Source of the DNA: Candidatus Omnitrophota bacterium
GTDB taxonomy: Bacteria > Omnitrophota > Omnitrophia > Omnitrophales > JACROU01
Reading direction: 5' to 3'
Assembly: GCA_016214265.1 (NCBI GenBank)
Contig: JACROU010000023.1
Span: 1-63,203 of the forward strand
Length of the DNA stretch: 63,203 nt
Part shown: positions 1 through 9,775 of the stretch, piece after piece
Layout: each line of letters starts with the position of its first letter
Position numbering within the stretch: the stretch's first letter is position 1
Program-made: the position numbers and the translations under genes
The notes under the pieces: model-generated
Told to the model about the DNA's origin: nothing
Database searches by the model: none
What the model saw: only the letters and a program-made list of their open reading frames with translations

Positions 1-813
1 AAGACGCGCATTTATCAACGCGGCGAAGATGGAAAGTACGAACTTCGCCAAACCCTGTCTGAGGCTAGTGACGGGGTCTGGAGTGTTACTTTCAGTAAAG
101 ACGCCGGGACGCTCGCGACGGGAAGTCGTGACAAAGAGACGCGCATTTACCAACGCGGCGAAAATGGAGAGTACGAACTTCGCCAAATCCTGCCTGAGGC
201 TGAAGGCGTTGTCGGGAGTGTTTTCTTGAGTGAAGACGCCGGGACGCTCGCGACGGGAAGTGGTGACAAGAAGACGCGCATTTACCAACGCGGCGAAGAT
301 GGAAAGTACGAACTTCGCCAAACCCTGTCTGGGGCTGGAGGCAATGTCCAGAGTGTTACTTTCAGTGAAGACGCCGGGACGCTCGCGACGGGAAGCGAGG
401 ACAAGAAGGCGCGCATTTACCAACGCGGCGAAGATGGAAAGTACGAACTTCGCCAAACCCTTTCTGAGGCTGGAGACGTGGTCGTGAGTGTTTTCTTAAG
501 TGAAGACGTCGGGACGCTCGCGACGGGAAGTGGTGACAAGAAGACGCGCATTTATCAACGCGGCGAAGATGGAAAGTACGAACTTCGCCAAACCCTGTCT
601 GAGGCTAGTGACGGGGTCTCGAGTGTTTTCTTAAGTGGAGACGCCGGGACGCTCGCGACGGGAAGTGGTGACAAGAAGACGCGCATTTACCAACGCGGCG
701 AAAATGGAAAGTACGAACTTCGCCAAACCCTGCCTGAGGCTCGCGACTGGGTCTTGAGTGTTACTTTCAGTGAAGACGGATCCCGGTTAATCGCGGGGGT
801 TGGAAATGAAAGA
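1..813 (+). repeat. In-frame tandem repeat, period exactly 135 bp, six units (unit starts 4, 139, 274, 409, 544, 679)
   Basis: Counted directly. The codon for the T/A of (T/A)RIYQRG recurs every 135 nt. Nt 1-79 are identical to nt 541-619. Confidence 0.9.
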
Positions 814-1743
814 GGTGACACTGGAACCGGCGGCGTGAGGGTGTACCGGCTCAAGCCCGAAATCGAGGCGCGCCTCCGGGCCGCTCAGGCGAAAGCGCAA
901 GCCCAGTCGCTGGGACAAGCCAATCCGGACTTGATCGCAACGCCGAGCGCAGGAGAGGAAATAAAAGTTCGCTACCATGTGGACGTTTTTGCCGTGACGA
1001 ATCAGGTGACGCTCGATGTGTTTGACCGGTCGGCGATTAGAGCTTCGGACGAGGTGAGACGCCGCGTTGAGCGTTTGCGTTTGTTGCGTTCAGTGATTTC
1101 GGCAGAAAAAAATGACAGGTCCGGCGAGGAGAAAATTAATCAGGCGCTCCGTAAATTTTTCTCTTCGAAAGGAATTCAAATACCACAGGATGCCGCACGG
1201 CGCGTTTCTCTGGTGACCACAGGGGAATATTTGAAGGCCTCTGTTGAAAGAACCCATTCGCTCATCGACGGGCTTGCGTCTCGGGACCAAGTTTGGATTG
1301 TGGATGAAGCGTCCATGTCCGGGGCACATTTATCGCCGTTCGCGAAGCGATTTAGCGATCTGATTTCTCTTGGCCGGAAGAGGCATATTGCCGTAAGTGG
1401 TTTGACGCAGAAATCAGTTGCCAGAAAGCTGGGCCGGCAGCAGTCCGGATTCAGTCTGTTTGATGTGACAGGCGGCGAGCGGCTTGACGTGAATCTGGAC
1501 GGATTTTTAAACATCGTGGTGAATGCTTCTGAATTAAGCGCGGATGCGGCCGGGCAAAAAATATTTATTTCGGCGCTTCGCCTTGCGGCACTTCTTTCAG
1601 GCCGCGACCGCGAACGGGCGCTTCAGGCGATGGGGCTTCTCGGAAATGGAGTTCGCTGGACGGCCGGTTCCCTTACCGCGCAATTTTTGGATTCCCTCGT
1701 GCGCGAGGTTTCAGCCGCAAAACAAATTTCCGTGAATGCTTAA
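1..1743 (+). CDS. WD40-repeat protein, 5'-truncated at the window edge, with a ~300-aa C-terminal domain of unknown family
   Basis: Frame 1 is open from nt 1; the track ORF 226..1743 merely starts at an internal TTG in the same frame. Six 45-aa units of the form TRIYQRGEDGKYELRQTLSEA..V.SV.FSEDAGTLATGSGDKK, plus a degenerate seventh, look like WD40 blades. Stop TAA at 1741-1743. Confidence 0.8.
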   Translation, partial: KTRIYQRGEDGKYELRQTLSEASDGVWSVTFSKDAGTLATGSRDKETRIYQRGENGEYELRQILPEAEGVVGSVFLSEDAGTLATGSGDKKTRIYQRGEDGKYELRQTLSGAGGNVQSVTFSEDAGTLATGSEDKKARIYQRGEDGKYELRQTLSEAGDVVVSVFLSEDVGTLATGSGDKKTRIYQRGEDGKYELRQTLSEASDGVSSVFLSGDAGTLATGSGDKKTRIYQRGENGKYELRQTLPEARDWVLSVTFSEDGSRLIAGVGNERGDTGTGGVRVYRLKPEIEARLRAAQAKAQAQSLGQANPDLIATPSAGEEIKVRYHVDVFAVTNQVTLDVFDRSAIRASDEVRRRVERLRLLRSVISAEKNDRSGEEKINQALRKFFSSKGIQIPQDAARRVSLVTTGEYLKASVERTHSLIDGLASRDQVWIVDEASMSGAHLSPFAKRFSDLISLGRKRHIAVSGLTQKSVARKLGRQQSGFSLFDVTGGERLDVNLDGFLNIVVNASELSADAAGQKIFISALRLAALLSGRDRERALQAMGLLGNGVRWTAGSLTAQFLDSLVREVSAAKQISVNA

Positions 1744-1934
1744 TTGTTGAGCAACGACTGCGTGATCAAAAACCAATTCCACCAAGTTCTACCAAATGGC
1801 CTTGAGGCAGGTCAAAGCGTGTGTTATGATACCGCGATTTAAATGACCCCTAAAGGGAGCGATAAAGCATCGTATAACCGCCCCGGAATGTCCGTTTTTC
1901 AGACTTTTTGGGACGGTTTCTTTGTTTATACCAC

Positions 1935-3445
1935 ATGGATATCTATAAACGACTACTTGCGTATATAAAGCCTTTCCGCTTCCAGCTTGTCATGGCAACG
2001 CTCTGCATGCTGGTGTTTGCCTTGGCCAGCAGCCTTGTTTCTATCACAGTCTACATGCTTGCCAACGGGTTCTTGAATAAGGATTGCGCCTCCTTACCCA
2101 TTCCGAAGTTCCATACGACCCTTTCATTTTCTTCTGCCTGGGTGCCTCTTTTTGTCGTGGCGGTATTTCTTGTTAGAGGCGTTTTTGATTATCTCTCAAA
2201 CTTTTTGATGGCGTCGATCGGCCAGAAAGCCGTGGTGAATGTCCGTAACGAATTGTACGAGCATTTGATCATTCAGGACGTTACTTTTTATTCTAAGGGA
2301 AAAACCGGAGATCTCATTTCCCGAATTATGAATGACGTTGGTCAGATTCAGGGGGGGATTACGGATGTGCTGGTGGACCTGATCAAACAGCCTTTCGTGT
2401 TGTTGATTAACATTCCCATCGTATTTTTCTGGGATGCCAAACTGGCGTTTGTCAGCTTGGTCGTGTTTCCGATGGCCGCAATTCCGATTATTTATTTTGG
2501 CAAAAAATTGCGATCGATCAGCCGCAAGGTGCAGGATAGAACTTCTGAAGTCACCTCAATCCTTCAGGAAACATTCACCGGAATCCGAATCGTCAAAGCC
2601 TTCAACATGGAGAAAAAAGAAGTCTCAAAATTCAAAGCCGTGAATCGTTCGGTGCTCCTATGGATCAGACGCCGAAGATTCAGAATGCTTCAAACGCTTT
2701 GCCGCTCGTCGGGGATATTCAGACTGTAGAATTTGATCGCGTGAATTTTTCATATAATCCGGATACGCCCGTGCTTGAAGATGTTAATTTCAAGGTGAGG
2801 GCGGGGGATGTGATCGCTTTTGTGGGTTCCAGCGGATCCGGTAAGACGACTCTGGTTAATTTAATTCCCCGATTTTATGATCCCGTTTCTGGCTTGATTA
2901 AGGTCAACGGAGTGGATGTTAAAGATCTGACGCTGGAATCCCTGCGTTCCAAAATTGGTTATGTGACGCAAGAAACCATTTTGTTCAATGACTCGGTGCG
3001 CGATAATATCGCCTACGGCCGGGACAACGCCACGCTGGAAGAAATTCAAGAGGCGGCCATTCACGCGCAGGCGCATGATTTTATTTCAGAGCTTCCGAAC
3101 GGTTACGATACGATTATCGGTGAAAAGGGCGTGATGCTCTCCGGCGGTCAAAGACAACGGCTTTCGATTGCCCGCGCGATTTTGAAGAATCCGCCGATTC
3201 TGATTCTTGACGAAGCCACCTCGGCATTGGATACTGAAAGTGAACGGGAAGTGCAGTATGCCATCGAATATTTGATGCAGAATAAAACCGTGTTCGTGAT
3301 TGCACATCGGTTGTCCACGATTCAAAATGCCACTCGAATTCTGGTTCTGGACCAGGGACGGATTGTTCAGATCGGTTCCAGTCAGGAATTGCTCGAGGAA
3401 GAAGGCCCGTATCGAAGGCTTTACGATCTTCAGTTCAGCGTTTAA
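1935..3445 (+). pseudogene. MsbA-like ABC exporter (fused permease plus ATPase), disrupted by an internal deletion and a frameshift
   Basis: The TMD fragment (ATG 1935 to 2729, frame 3) stops making sense after ...KFKAVNRSVLL. The NBD fragment (2660-3445, frame 2) begins MDQTPKIQ...GDIQTVEFDRVNFSY and carries Walker A GSSGSGKTT, signature LSGGQRQR and Walker B ILILDEATSALD. The combined ~500 codons are ~90 aa short of a normal six-TM half-transporter; the TM5-TM6 region is missing. Confidence 0.7.
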
Positions 3446-3457
3446 GAGGAGAATGTT

Positions 3458-4183
3458 ATGCCAAAGGATAAAATTTTTAGTGAAAAAAAGGGACTGATCG
3501 AAAATTTTGATTTCGGCAAAAAAACGGCGGAAGTGTTTGATGACATGCTGGACCGCTCGGTGCCGTTTTATTCAGAAATGCAGAGAATGATCGGCGAAAT
3601 TTCGGCCGACTTTGCGGTGAACGGAACGAATCTTTACGATTTGGGCTGCTCCACGGGAACGAGTTTTCTGGCTATTGATAAATTGGTGCACCCGGGCGTG
3701 ACGTTTGTCGGCGTCGATTCCTCGCAGGAAATGCTCGACAAGGCCAAGCAGAAATTGACGCAAAGCGGTTTCAAGAGAAATCACGATTTGATTTGCCTCG
3801 ATCTGAATCAGTCCCTGCCGGTGATTAACGCTTCCGTCGTGATCATGAATCTGACTTTGCAGTTCGTCCGCCCGCTTCATCGGAGGCGTGTCGTCGAAAG
3901 TATTGCCAGCGGGTTGAATGAGGGCGGATGCCTGATTTTGATCGAGAAAGTTCTGAGTCAGAATTCCACGATTAACCGGCTGTTTATTAAATATTATTAC
4001 GATTTCAAGCGGCGTAACGGTTACAGCGATCTTGAGATTGCTCAGAAAAGGGAAGCCCTTGAAAACGTGTTGGTGCCATATCACTTCGATGAGAATCGGG
4101 AGCTTCTTTTATCCAGTGGTTTCAAAGGCTGTGATATGTTTTTCCGTTGGTATAACTTCTGTGGGATGCTTGCCATTAAATGA
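3458..4183 (+). CDS. cmoA: carboxy-S-adenosyl-L-methionine synthase
   Basis: FDFGKKTAEVFDDMLDRSVPFYSEMQRMI, YDLGCSTG and the C-terminal FKRRNGYSDLEIAQKREALENVL closely resemble E. coli CmoA motifs. GGAG-like RBS upstream. Confidence 0.85.
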   Translation: MPKDKIFSEKKGLIENFDFGKKTAEVFDDMLDRSVPFYSEMQRMIGEISADFAVNGTNLYDLGCSTGTSFLAIDKLVHPGVTFVGVDSSQEMLDKAKQKLTQSGFKRNHDLICLDLNQSLPVINASVVIMNLTLQFVRPLHRRRVVESIASGLNEGGCLILIEKVLSQNSTINRLFIKYYYDFKRRNGYSDLEIAQKREALENVLVPYHFDENRELLLSSGFKGCDMFFRWYNFCGMLAIK

Positions 4184-4932
4184 ACGAGTTTCTTCTAAAA
4201 TCTGGTAATTTCCTTTTCAAATATCGCAACGCCCTCTTTCCCTCCATTTTTGTACTGATGTTTTTTTTCACCCGTCCTGCGCTGTTTCTGAATAATCAGA
4301 CGCTCGATAGTTTGGTGGTTGCCATCGGGATTATCGCTGCCCTGTCCGGACAAATTTTCCGCATGGCGGTGATCGGGTATGCCTACATCAAGCGGGGAGG
4401 GAAGGACGGCAAAGTGTACGCGGACGATTTGGTGATTCGCGGGTTTTATGCGCATACGCGGAATCCGATGTATGTCGGCAATTTTCTGATCGCGGTTGGG
4501 CTCGGGTTGGTTTACGGATCCCCTGCGGTTTATTTTTTTCTGATCCCGTTTTTTATTTACGCCTATCTGGCTATTACCGCCGCCGAAGAGAAATATTTGG
4601 GTGAGAAATTTGGTGATCAATTTACCGAATACACCAAGCGCGTGAATCGTTTCGTCCCGAATTTTAAGGGCTTGAAGCAATCGCTCAGCGGATTTCAGTA
4701 TGATTGGAAAAAATCGCTCCGGAAAGAGTACGGAACTTTATTCGGCACGCTTTTCGGGCTTGTTTTTATTGGGATCTGGAAAATTTATTACGTTTATGGT
4801 TTCTCTGCCGGGAAAAAAGAAATTTTCACACTGACTTTGCTCCTCATTCCCATCGCGGCAGGATATGCGTATACGCGTTATTTGAAAAAGAGCGGTCAAT
4901 TAGCTTCGCCTCAAGGGGACAATGAAAATTAA
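4180..4932 (+). CDS. ICMT/PEMT-family membrane methyltransferase, paralog 1
   Basis: Polytopic hydrophobic protein. Motifs HTRNPMYVGNFLIAVG and AAEEKYLGEKFGDQFTEYTKRVNRFVP. The start overlaps the cmoA stop (ATGA). Confidence 0.7.
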   Translation: MNEFLLKSGNFLFKYRNALFPSIFVLMFFFTRPALFLNNQTLDSLVVAIGIIAALSGQIFRMAVIGYAYIKRGGKDGKVYADDLVIRGFYAHTRNPMYVGNFLIAVGLGLVYGSPAVYFFLIPFFIYAYLAITAAEEKYLGEKFGDQFTEYTKRVNRFVPNFKGLKQSLSGFQYDWKKSLRKEYGTLFGTLFGLVFIGIWKIYYVYGFSAGKKEIFTLTLLLIPIAAGYAYTRYLKKSGQLASPQGDNEN

Positions 4933-5620
4933 TCTTACTGACAGCCCAATGGTTGTCTTTATCAAACAGCGCTTTCAATTCAAAAAGCTGCGGATTATTT
5001 TCGCGTGGTTGGGTGGAGTTATCCTCATCATGAACGCTGATATTAATTCGGATGGTTTTCGCGTTGGTGTTCCGATTGCGATTATTGGTGAATTGATTCG
5101 TCTCTGGGCCTCCGGTTATCTCGAGAAAAAAGGGAGGCTGTTCGCGTGCGGCGGGCCATTCGCGTTTGTGCGTAATCCACTTTATGTCGGCAATTTTCTC
5201 GTTGGTCTTGGCGTTGCGTTTGTGATCGGACGGATTTGGATTCTGGCGTTGTACGTGATCGGCTTTATCGTGCTCTACGCCGGGACGGTTCGGAGCGAAG
5301 AAGAAGAATTGACCGAACGATTTGGCGCACCATATCGAAAATATTTGAAAGAAGTCCCTCGTTTCATTCCGCGCCTGACACCCTACGCGGATCGGCAAAA
5401 GACCTCCTTTAAATGGAAGCTCATTTTGAAGCATCGGGAATACGTCACCATCATTTTTCTTGTCGTCCTGTTTTTGGGGCTTCACCTCTGGCAGGCGCTT
5501 TTCGTGCTGGGTGAGCCGATGACGCAACATGTTCCAGCGCTTATAATTGAAGCGATTTTTTTATCGCTGGCCGTAGTCGAAAAAGTATTCCGGAAGAAAA
5601 TCGATAAGCTCGTTCAGTGA
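4922..5620 (+). CDS. ICMT/PEMT-family membrane methyltransferase, paralog 2
   Basis: Motifs VRNPLYVGNFLVGLG and SEEEELTERFGAPYRKYLKEVPRFIP. Overlaps the upstream paralog by 11 nt. Confidence 0.7.
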   Translation: MKINLTDSPMVVFIKQRFQFKKLRIIFAWLGGVILIMNADINSDGFRVGVPIAIIGELIRLWASGYLEKKGRLFACGGPFAFVRNPLYVGNFLVGLGVAFVIGRIWILALYVIGFIVLYAGTVRSEEEELTERFGAPYRKYLKEVPRFIPRLTPYADRQKTSFKWKLILKHREYVTIIFLVVLFLGLHLWQALFVLGEPMTQHVPALIIEAIFLSLAVVEKVFRKKIDKLVQ

Positions 5621-5643
5621 CATTCGAGTTTGACTTTGGTCGT

Positions 5644-5798
5644 GGGATAGGCTAGAGTTCACTCGCTTTTGACAAAACTCCTTTTAATCTGGTTCTGAGA
5701 AACCAGCAAGGGATACGATGAAAACAAATTACCATACCGCCGAAAGCGGCTTCATATTCGATACGCCTATCACCCAAACGGGGATAGGCCTTTTTTTT
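5644..5798 (+). promoter_or_regulatory. pyr operon leader with alternative terminator/antiterminator pairing (PyrR-type attenuator candidate)
   Basis: The 9-mer GGGATAGGC occurs at 5644-5652 and again at 5781-5789. Both copies can pair with GCCTATC(A)CC at 5765-5774. Hairpin CTGGTT-CTGAGA-AACCAG at 5689-5706 is followed by CCAGCAAGG (5703-5711), which matches the CCAGAGAGG core of PyrR binding loops at 7 of 9 positions. pyrR follows. Confidence 0.5.
5765..5798 (+). terminator. Intrinsic terminator in the pyr leader
   Basis: Stem GCCTATC / GATAGGC, extendable with one bulge, followed by C and T8 (5791-5798). It lies 30 nt upstream of the pyrR start. Confidence 0.7.
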
Positions 5799-5827
5799 GC
5801 CAAAAATCAGTTTGAAAGGGGATTGGG

Positions 5828-6376
5828 ATGCAGCTCGAAGAGGTGAGGAAGATTCTGGATGCCGACGGGGTTGATCGAACGATTACCCGTATCACCCACG
5901 AAATTCTTGAAAAGAACAAAGGCACCGAGGACCTGGTCCTCGTGGGCATCGAGAGCGGCGGGGCTATTTTGGTCGAGCGCTTGCACTCGAAAATTCAAGC
6001 CATCGAGGGTGTGGCCGTCCAAAAAGGCACGCTCGACATTACGCTCTATCGCGATGACATCGACGAAATACAAAACCAGCCGAAGATGCGCGGTACCCGT
6101 CTGGAATTTGATATTACGGGCAAGAAAGTGATTTTGGTGGATGATGTGCTGTATACCGGCCGCACGGTTCGTTCTGCCTTGGATGCCGTGATTGATTTCG
6201 GTCGTCCCAAATGGGTTCAGCTTGCCGTGCTGGTTGATCGGGGGCATCGTGAACTGCCAATACGAGCAGATTATGTCGGAAAAAATATTCCGACGGCTCA
6301 GGACGAAGAGGTCGCCGTGCGCTTGAAAGAAAAAGACGGTTTGGACGAGGTTTGTATCATGCGGAGAGTTGGATGA
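5828..6376 (+). CDS. pyrR: bifunctional pyr operon regulator / uracil phosphoribosyltransferase
   Basis: [23 protein letters not shown] and the PRPP motif [20 protein letters not shown]. Confidence 0.9.
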   Translation: MQLEEVRKILDADGVDRTITRITHEILEKNKGTEDLVLVGIESGGAILVERLHSKIQAIEGVAVQKGTLDITLYRDDIDEIQNQPKMRGTRLEFDITGKKVILVDDVLYTGRTVRSALDAVIDFGRPKWVQLAVLVDRGHRELPIRADYVGKNIPTAQDEEVAVRLKEKDGLDEVCIMRRVG

Positions 6377-6399
6377 GGGGTGAGGGAGGTGAGGCCGTG

Positions 6400-7350
6400 A
6401 TGGAAGAAAAACGGATCAAGACAGAAATTAATTGGACACGGAAAGATTTGTTGGGGCTCAAAGATTTAAGCCGCGAGGAAATCGAACTCATCATCAAAAC
6501 GGCGGAGTCCTTGAAAGAAGTGTCCACGCGCTCCATCAAAAAAGTACCGACATTGCGCGGACGAACCGTGGTGAATTTTTTTGTCGAACCCAGCACGCGA
6601 ACCCGGGCTTCGTTCGAGCTGGCGGAAAAACGTTTAAGCGCTGACTCGCTGAACTTCTCAGGGTCCTCGTCAAGCCTGGTGAAGGGTGAGACGCTGAAAG
6701 ATACGGCGAAAAATATCGAAGCGCTACAAGTCGATTTGATCGTGATCCGCCATTCTTCCTCCGGAGCGCCACATCGACTGGCCGAATACGTGAAACCTGG
6801 AATCGTCAACGCGGGAGACGGAATTAACGAGCATCCCACACAGGCATTGCTCGATATGTTCACGATGAAAGAGAAAAAAGGAAAGATCGAAGGTCTGAAA
6901 GTTTCGTTCATCGGCGATATTCTTCACAGCCGCGTGGCTCGGTCGAATATTTGGGGCCTCACCAAACTGGGCGCCAAAGTGACGGTTTGCGGCCCCAAGA
7001 CATTGATTCCTTACGATATCGAAAGTTTGGGAGTGCATCGGACTTACAATGTTGAAGAAGCCGTAAAAGACGCGGACGCGATTAATTTGCTCCGGATTCA
7101 GCTGGAGCGGCAGAACGAGCCTTTTTTCCCAAGTCTTGGTGAGTATGCCAAGGGTTATGGCATCAATGCCCAAATGCTGAAACGCGCGAAGAAAGATGTG
7201 CTGATTATGCATCCCGGTCCGGTAAACCGGGGCGTGGAGTTAACTTCTGAAGTGGCGGATGGACCTAATTCTGTAATTCTAGAGCAGGTAACCAATGGAC
7301 TCGCGGTTCGCATGGCGGTTCTGTACCTGCTCAGTTTGGTGAGGAAATAA
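6400..7350 (+). CDS. pyrB: aspartate carbamoyltransferase catalytic subunit
   Basis: [13 protein letters not shown], the HPTQALLD motif and [13 protein letters not shown] 6400 is preceded by GGGAGGTGAGG. The track start at 6352 overlaps pyrR and is less likely. Confidence 0.9.
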   Translation: MEEKRIKTEINWTRKDLLGLKDLSREEIELIIKTAESLKEVSTRSIKKVPTLRGRTVVNFFVEPSTRTRASFELAEKRLSADSLNFSGSSSSLVKGETLKDTAKNIEALQVDLIVIRHSSSGAPHRLAEYVKPGIVNAGDGINEHPTQALLDMFTMKEKKGKIEGLKVSFIGDILHSRVARSNIWGLTKLGAKVTVCGPKTLIPYDIESLGVHRTYNVEEAVKDADAINLLRIQLERQNEPFFPSLGEYAKGYGINAQMLKRAKKDVLIMHPGPVNRGVELTSEVADGPNSVILEQVTNGLAVRMAVLYLLSLVRK

Positions 7351-8642
7351 TGAATATTCTAATCAAAAATGTAAAAGCAATTGATCCAAGACACAAGCTT
7401 AATGAAGTCGTCGATGTGTTGATCGCGGACGGAAAAATTTCCAAAGTCGGTAAAGGCCTCGCCGCGGCATCCACAGAAACGATTGACGGAACGGGAAAAG
7501 TGCTTCTCCCCGGATTTATTGATCTGCACGTTCATTTCCGCGAACCCGGAGGCGGACACAAAGAAAATGTCGCGTCCGGTTCTCTGGCCGCGTTGAAAGG
7601 CGGATTTGTCGGCGCGGTGAGTATGCCGAACACAACCCCTGCGGCGGATAACGCGGCGATTGTAGAATTTATTCTGAAGCGCGCCAGGGAGGCCAATTTC
7701 AATATTTTCCCGTGCGGCACGCTCTCGAAAGCGCGTGAGGGGAAAGAAATTTCATCTATGCTTGAGCTGAAGAATTCCGGATGCGTCGCCGTGAGCGATG
7801 ACGGAAATTATCTCCGGAATCCACTGGTGGCGCGTCACGCGTTTGAATACGCGTCTCAAATCGGACTCATTGTGATGAGCCACGCAGAAATTCCCGAGCT
7901 CACCAAAGGGGGCGTTATTAATGAAGGCTTCGTTTCGACCAAAATGGGACTCAAGGGGATGCCGGGAATTGCGGAAATTATCGCGGTTACGACAGATATT
8001 GAACTCGCCAAAATGACCGGAGTTCGGCTACATATTTCACATTTATCCACCAGAGGTGCGCTGGAAAAGGTGCGGCAGGCGAAGTCCGAAGGCCTTCCCG
8101 TGACGTGCGAGGTGACGCCGCATCACTTGGCGCTCACCGATGAAGCGATTACCAGTTACGACACCAATTTCAAAATGAATCCGCCGCTTCGTTCGGAAGA
8201 TGACCGGAAAGCCATGATCGAGGGCATCAAGGACGGCACGATTGATGTCATCGCGACCGATCACGCGCCGCATCAGATCGAAGAAAAGGATCAGGAATTT
8301 GAGCTCGCGCCTTTCGGTGTGATCGGGCTTGAAACCGCGTTTGCCGTTTCTTACACCGAGCTTTGCCGGAAAGAAAAAGTGTCGCTGGAAACTTTGGTGG
8401 ACCGATTGGCCGGACGTCCGGCCAATTTGCTGGGCCTTAACGGGTTCAACGAGATAAAAGAAGGCTCTCAGGCGAATGTGACGTTGGTCGATTTGGACAA
8501 AAAATGGATCGTAGGGCCGGAAGAGTTTTTGTCAAAGTCCCGGAACTCCTGTTTCATCGGCAGCGAGGTTCAAGGATACGTGGCCGCGACGATTTGTAAT
8601 GGAAAACTTTATTCGTGGACGAAAGCAAAGGCAACAAAATGA
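7350..8642 (+). CDS. pyrC: dihydroorotase
   Basis: LPGFIDLHVHFREPG and ATDHAPH motifs. TAATG overlap with pyrB. Confidence 0.9.
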   Translation: MNILIKNVKAIDPRHKLNEVVDVLIADGKISKVGKGLAAASTETIDGTGKVLLPGFIDLHVHFREPGGGHKENVASGSLAALKGGFVGAVSMPNTTPAADNAAIVEFILKRAREANFNIFPCGTLSKAREGKEISSMLELKNSGCVAVSDDGNYLRNPLVARHAFEYASQIGLIVMSHAEIPELTKGGVINEGFVSTKMGLKGMPGIAEIIAVTTDIELAKMTGVRLHISHLSTRGALEKVRQAKSEGLPVTCEVTPHHLALTDEAITSYDTNFKMNPPLRSEDDRKAMIEGIKDGTIDVIATDHAPHQIEEKDQEFELAPFGVIGLETAFAVSYTELCRKEKVSLETLVDRLAGRPANLLGLNGFNEIKEGSQANVTLVDLDKKWIVGPEEFLSKSRNSCFIGSEVQGYVAATICNGKLYSWTKAKATK

Positions 8643-9775
8643 AAAAAGCACTTTTAGTTTTAGAAGACGGATTGATCTTTGAAGGCGAGAGCTTTGGCGC
8701 CGAAGGTGAGATTTTTGGCGAGGTCGTATTCAACACGTCGATGGTGGGATATCAGGAAATTCTCACCGACCCGTCGTACAAAGGTCAAATCGTTGTCATG
8801 ACGTATCCATTAATAGGTAACTACGGTGTGAATGTTGAGGATGTGGAGTCGGCCAAGCCTCAGGTGGAAGGTTTCGTGATTCGGGAGCTGAGCCCGGTGG
8901 TCAGTAGTTATAGGGGGCAAAAATCGCTTGACGATTATTTAAAGGAAAACAACATTCCCGGCATTCAGGGTATTGATACGCGAAAACTGACGACGCATTT
9001 GCGCGATCACGGCGTCAAGCGAGGCGTGATTTCATCGGTGGATCTGGATCCTAAAAGCCTGCTCAAAAAAGTCATCGCATCGCCGGAAATGACAGGACGT
9101 GATTTGGTGAAAGAAGTGACCGTAAAAAAATCATACTCATTTGATGAGACGCTCGATCCGGAATTTAAATGGCCCACGCTGGAGCAGCAAGCACGTAAAC
9201 CGTTCAATATTGTTTGCGTCGACTCCGGGATAAAACGGAATATTTTAAGAAAATTAAATCAGCACGGATTCAAAGTAAATGTGGTTCCCGCCACGATGAC
9301 CGCGGAAGAAATTTTGTCGCAAAAGCCCGACGGAGTTTTTCTCTCGAACGGTCCCGGCGACCCGGCCGCCTGCACGTATTTGGTTGAGACAACCCGGAAG
9401 CTGGTGGGGCAGGTGCCGATGTTCGGGATTTGTCTAGGGCATCAAATTCTGGGGCTCGCACTCGGCGGGAAAACATTCAAACTAAAATTCGGACACCGGG
9501 GCGGAAACCATCCCGTGATGGATTTGAAAACGAACAAAGTGGAAATCACCGCGCAGAATCACGGTTTTTGCGTGGATCTGGAATCGCTCAAAAATAAAGA
9601 TGTTGTGCTGACGCACATCAATTTGAATGACAAAACGTGTGAGGGAATGGAGCATAAAAAACATCCCGTTTTTTCTGTTCAGTATCATCCCGAAAGTTCA
9701 CCGGGTCCGCACGACAGCGATTATCTTTTCGACCGCTTTTACAAAATGATCGCTCAACATCAGGGAAAGATCTAA
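8639..9775 (+). CDS. carA: carbamoyl-phosphate synthase small (glutaminase) subunit
   Basis: [11 protein letters not shown]...[11 protein letters not shown]-terminus, GICLGHQ catalytic Cys motif and YHPE. ATG 8639 overlaps the pyrC stop (ATGA). Confidence 0.9.
   Translation: MKKALLVLEDGLIFEGESFGAEGEIFGEVVFNTSMVGYQEILTDPSYKGQIVVMTYPLIGNYGVNVEDVESAKPQVEGFVIRELSPVVSSYRGQKSLDDYLKENNIPGIQGIDTRKLTTHLRDHGVKRGVISSVDLDPKSLLKKVIASPEMTGRDLVKEVTVKKSYSFDETLDPEFKWPTLEQQARKPFNIVCVDSGIKRNILRKLNQHGFKVNVVPATMTAEEILSQKPDGVFLSNGPGDPAACTYLVETTRKLVGQVPMFGICLGHQILGLALGGKTFKLKFGHRGGNHPVMDLKTNKVEITAQNHGFCVDLESLKNKDVVLTHINLNDKTCEGMEHKKHPVFSVQYHPESSPGPHDSDYLFDRFYKMIAQHQGKI

Noticed and set aside
29-487. Track ORFs 29..229 and 230..487 in alternative frames of the WD40 repeat region
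   Set aside because: They are themselves repetitive (MESTNFAK..., RRAFTNAAK...) only because they read the 135-bp repeat out of frame. Frame 1 gives a coherent WD40 sequence across the whole region.
1-813. The tandem repeats as a CRISPR array or minisatellite
   Set aside because: There are no unique spacers. The period is a multiple of 3 and in frame, and the array encodes recognisable beta-propeller blades.
1270-1330. VWIVDEASMSG as evidence for an SF1 helicase/AAA_30 domain in the WD40 protein's C-terminus
   Set aside because: No Walker A (GxxGxGK[ST]) or other helicase motif is visible in the preceding ~150 aa. A single pentapeptide match is insufficient.
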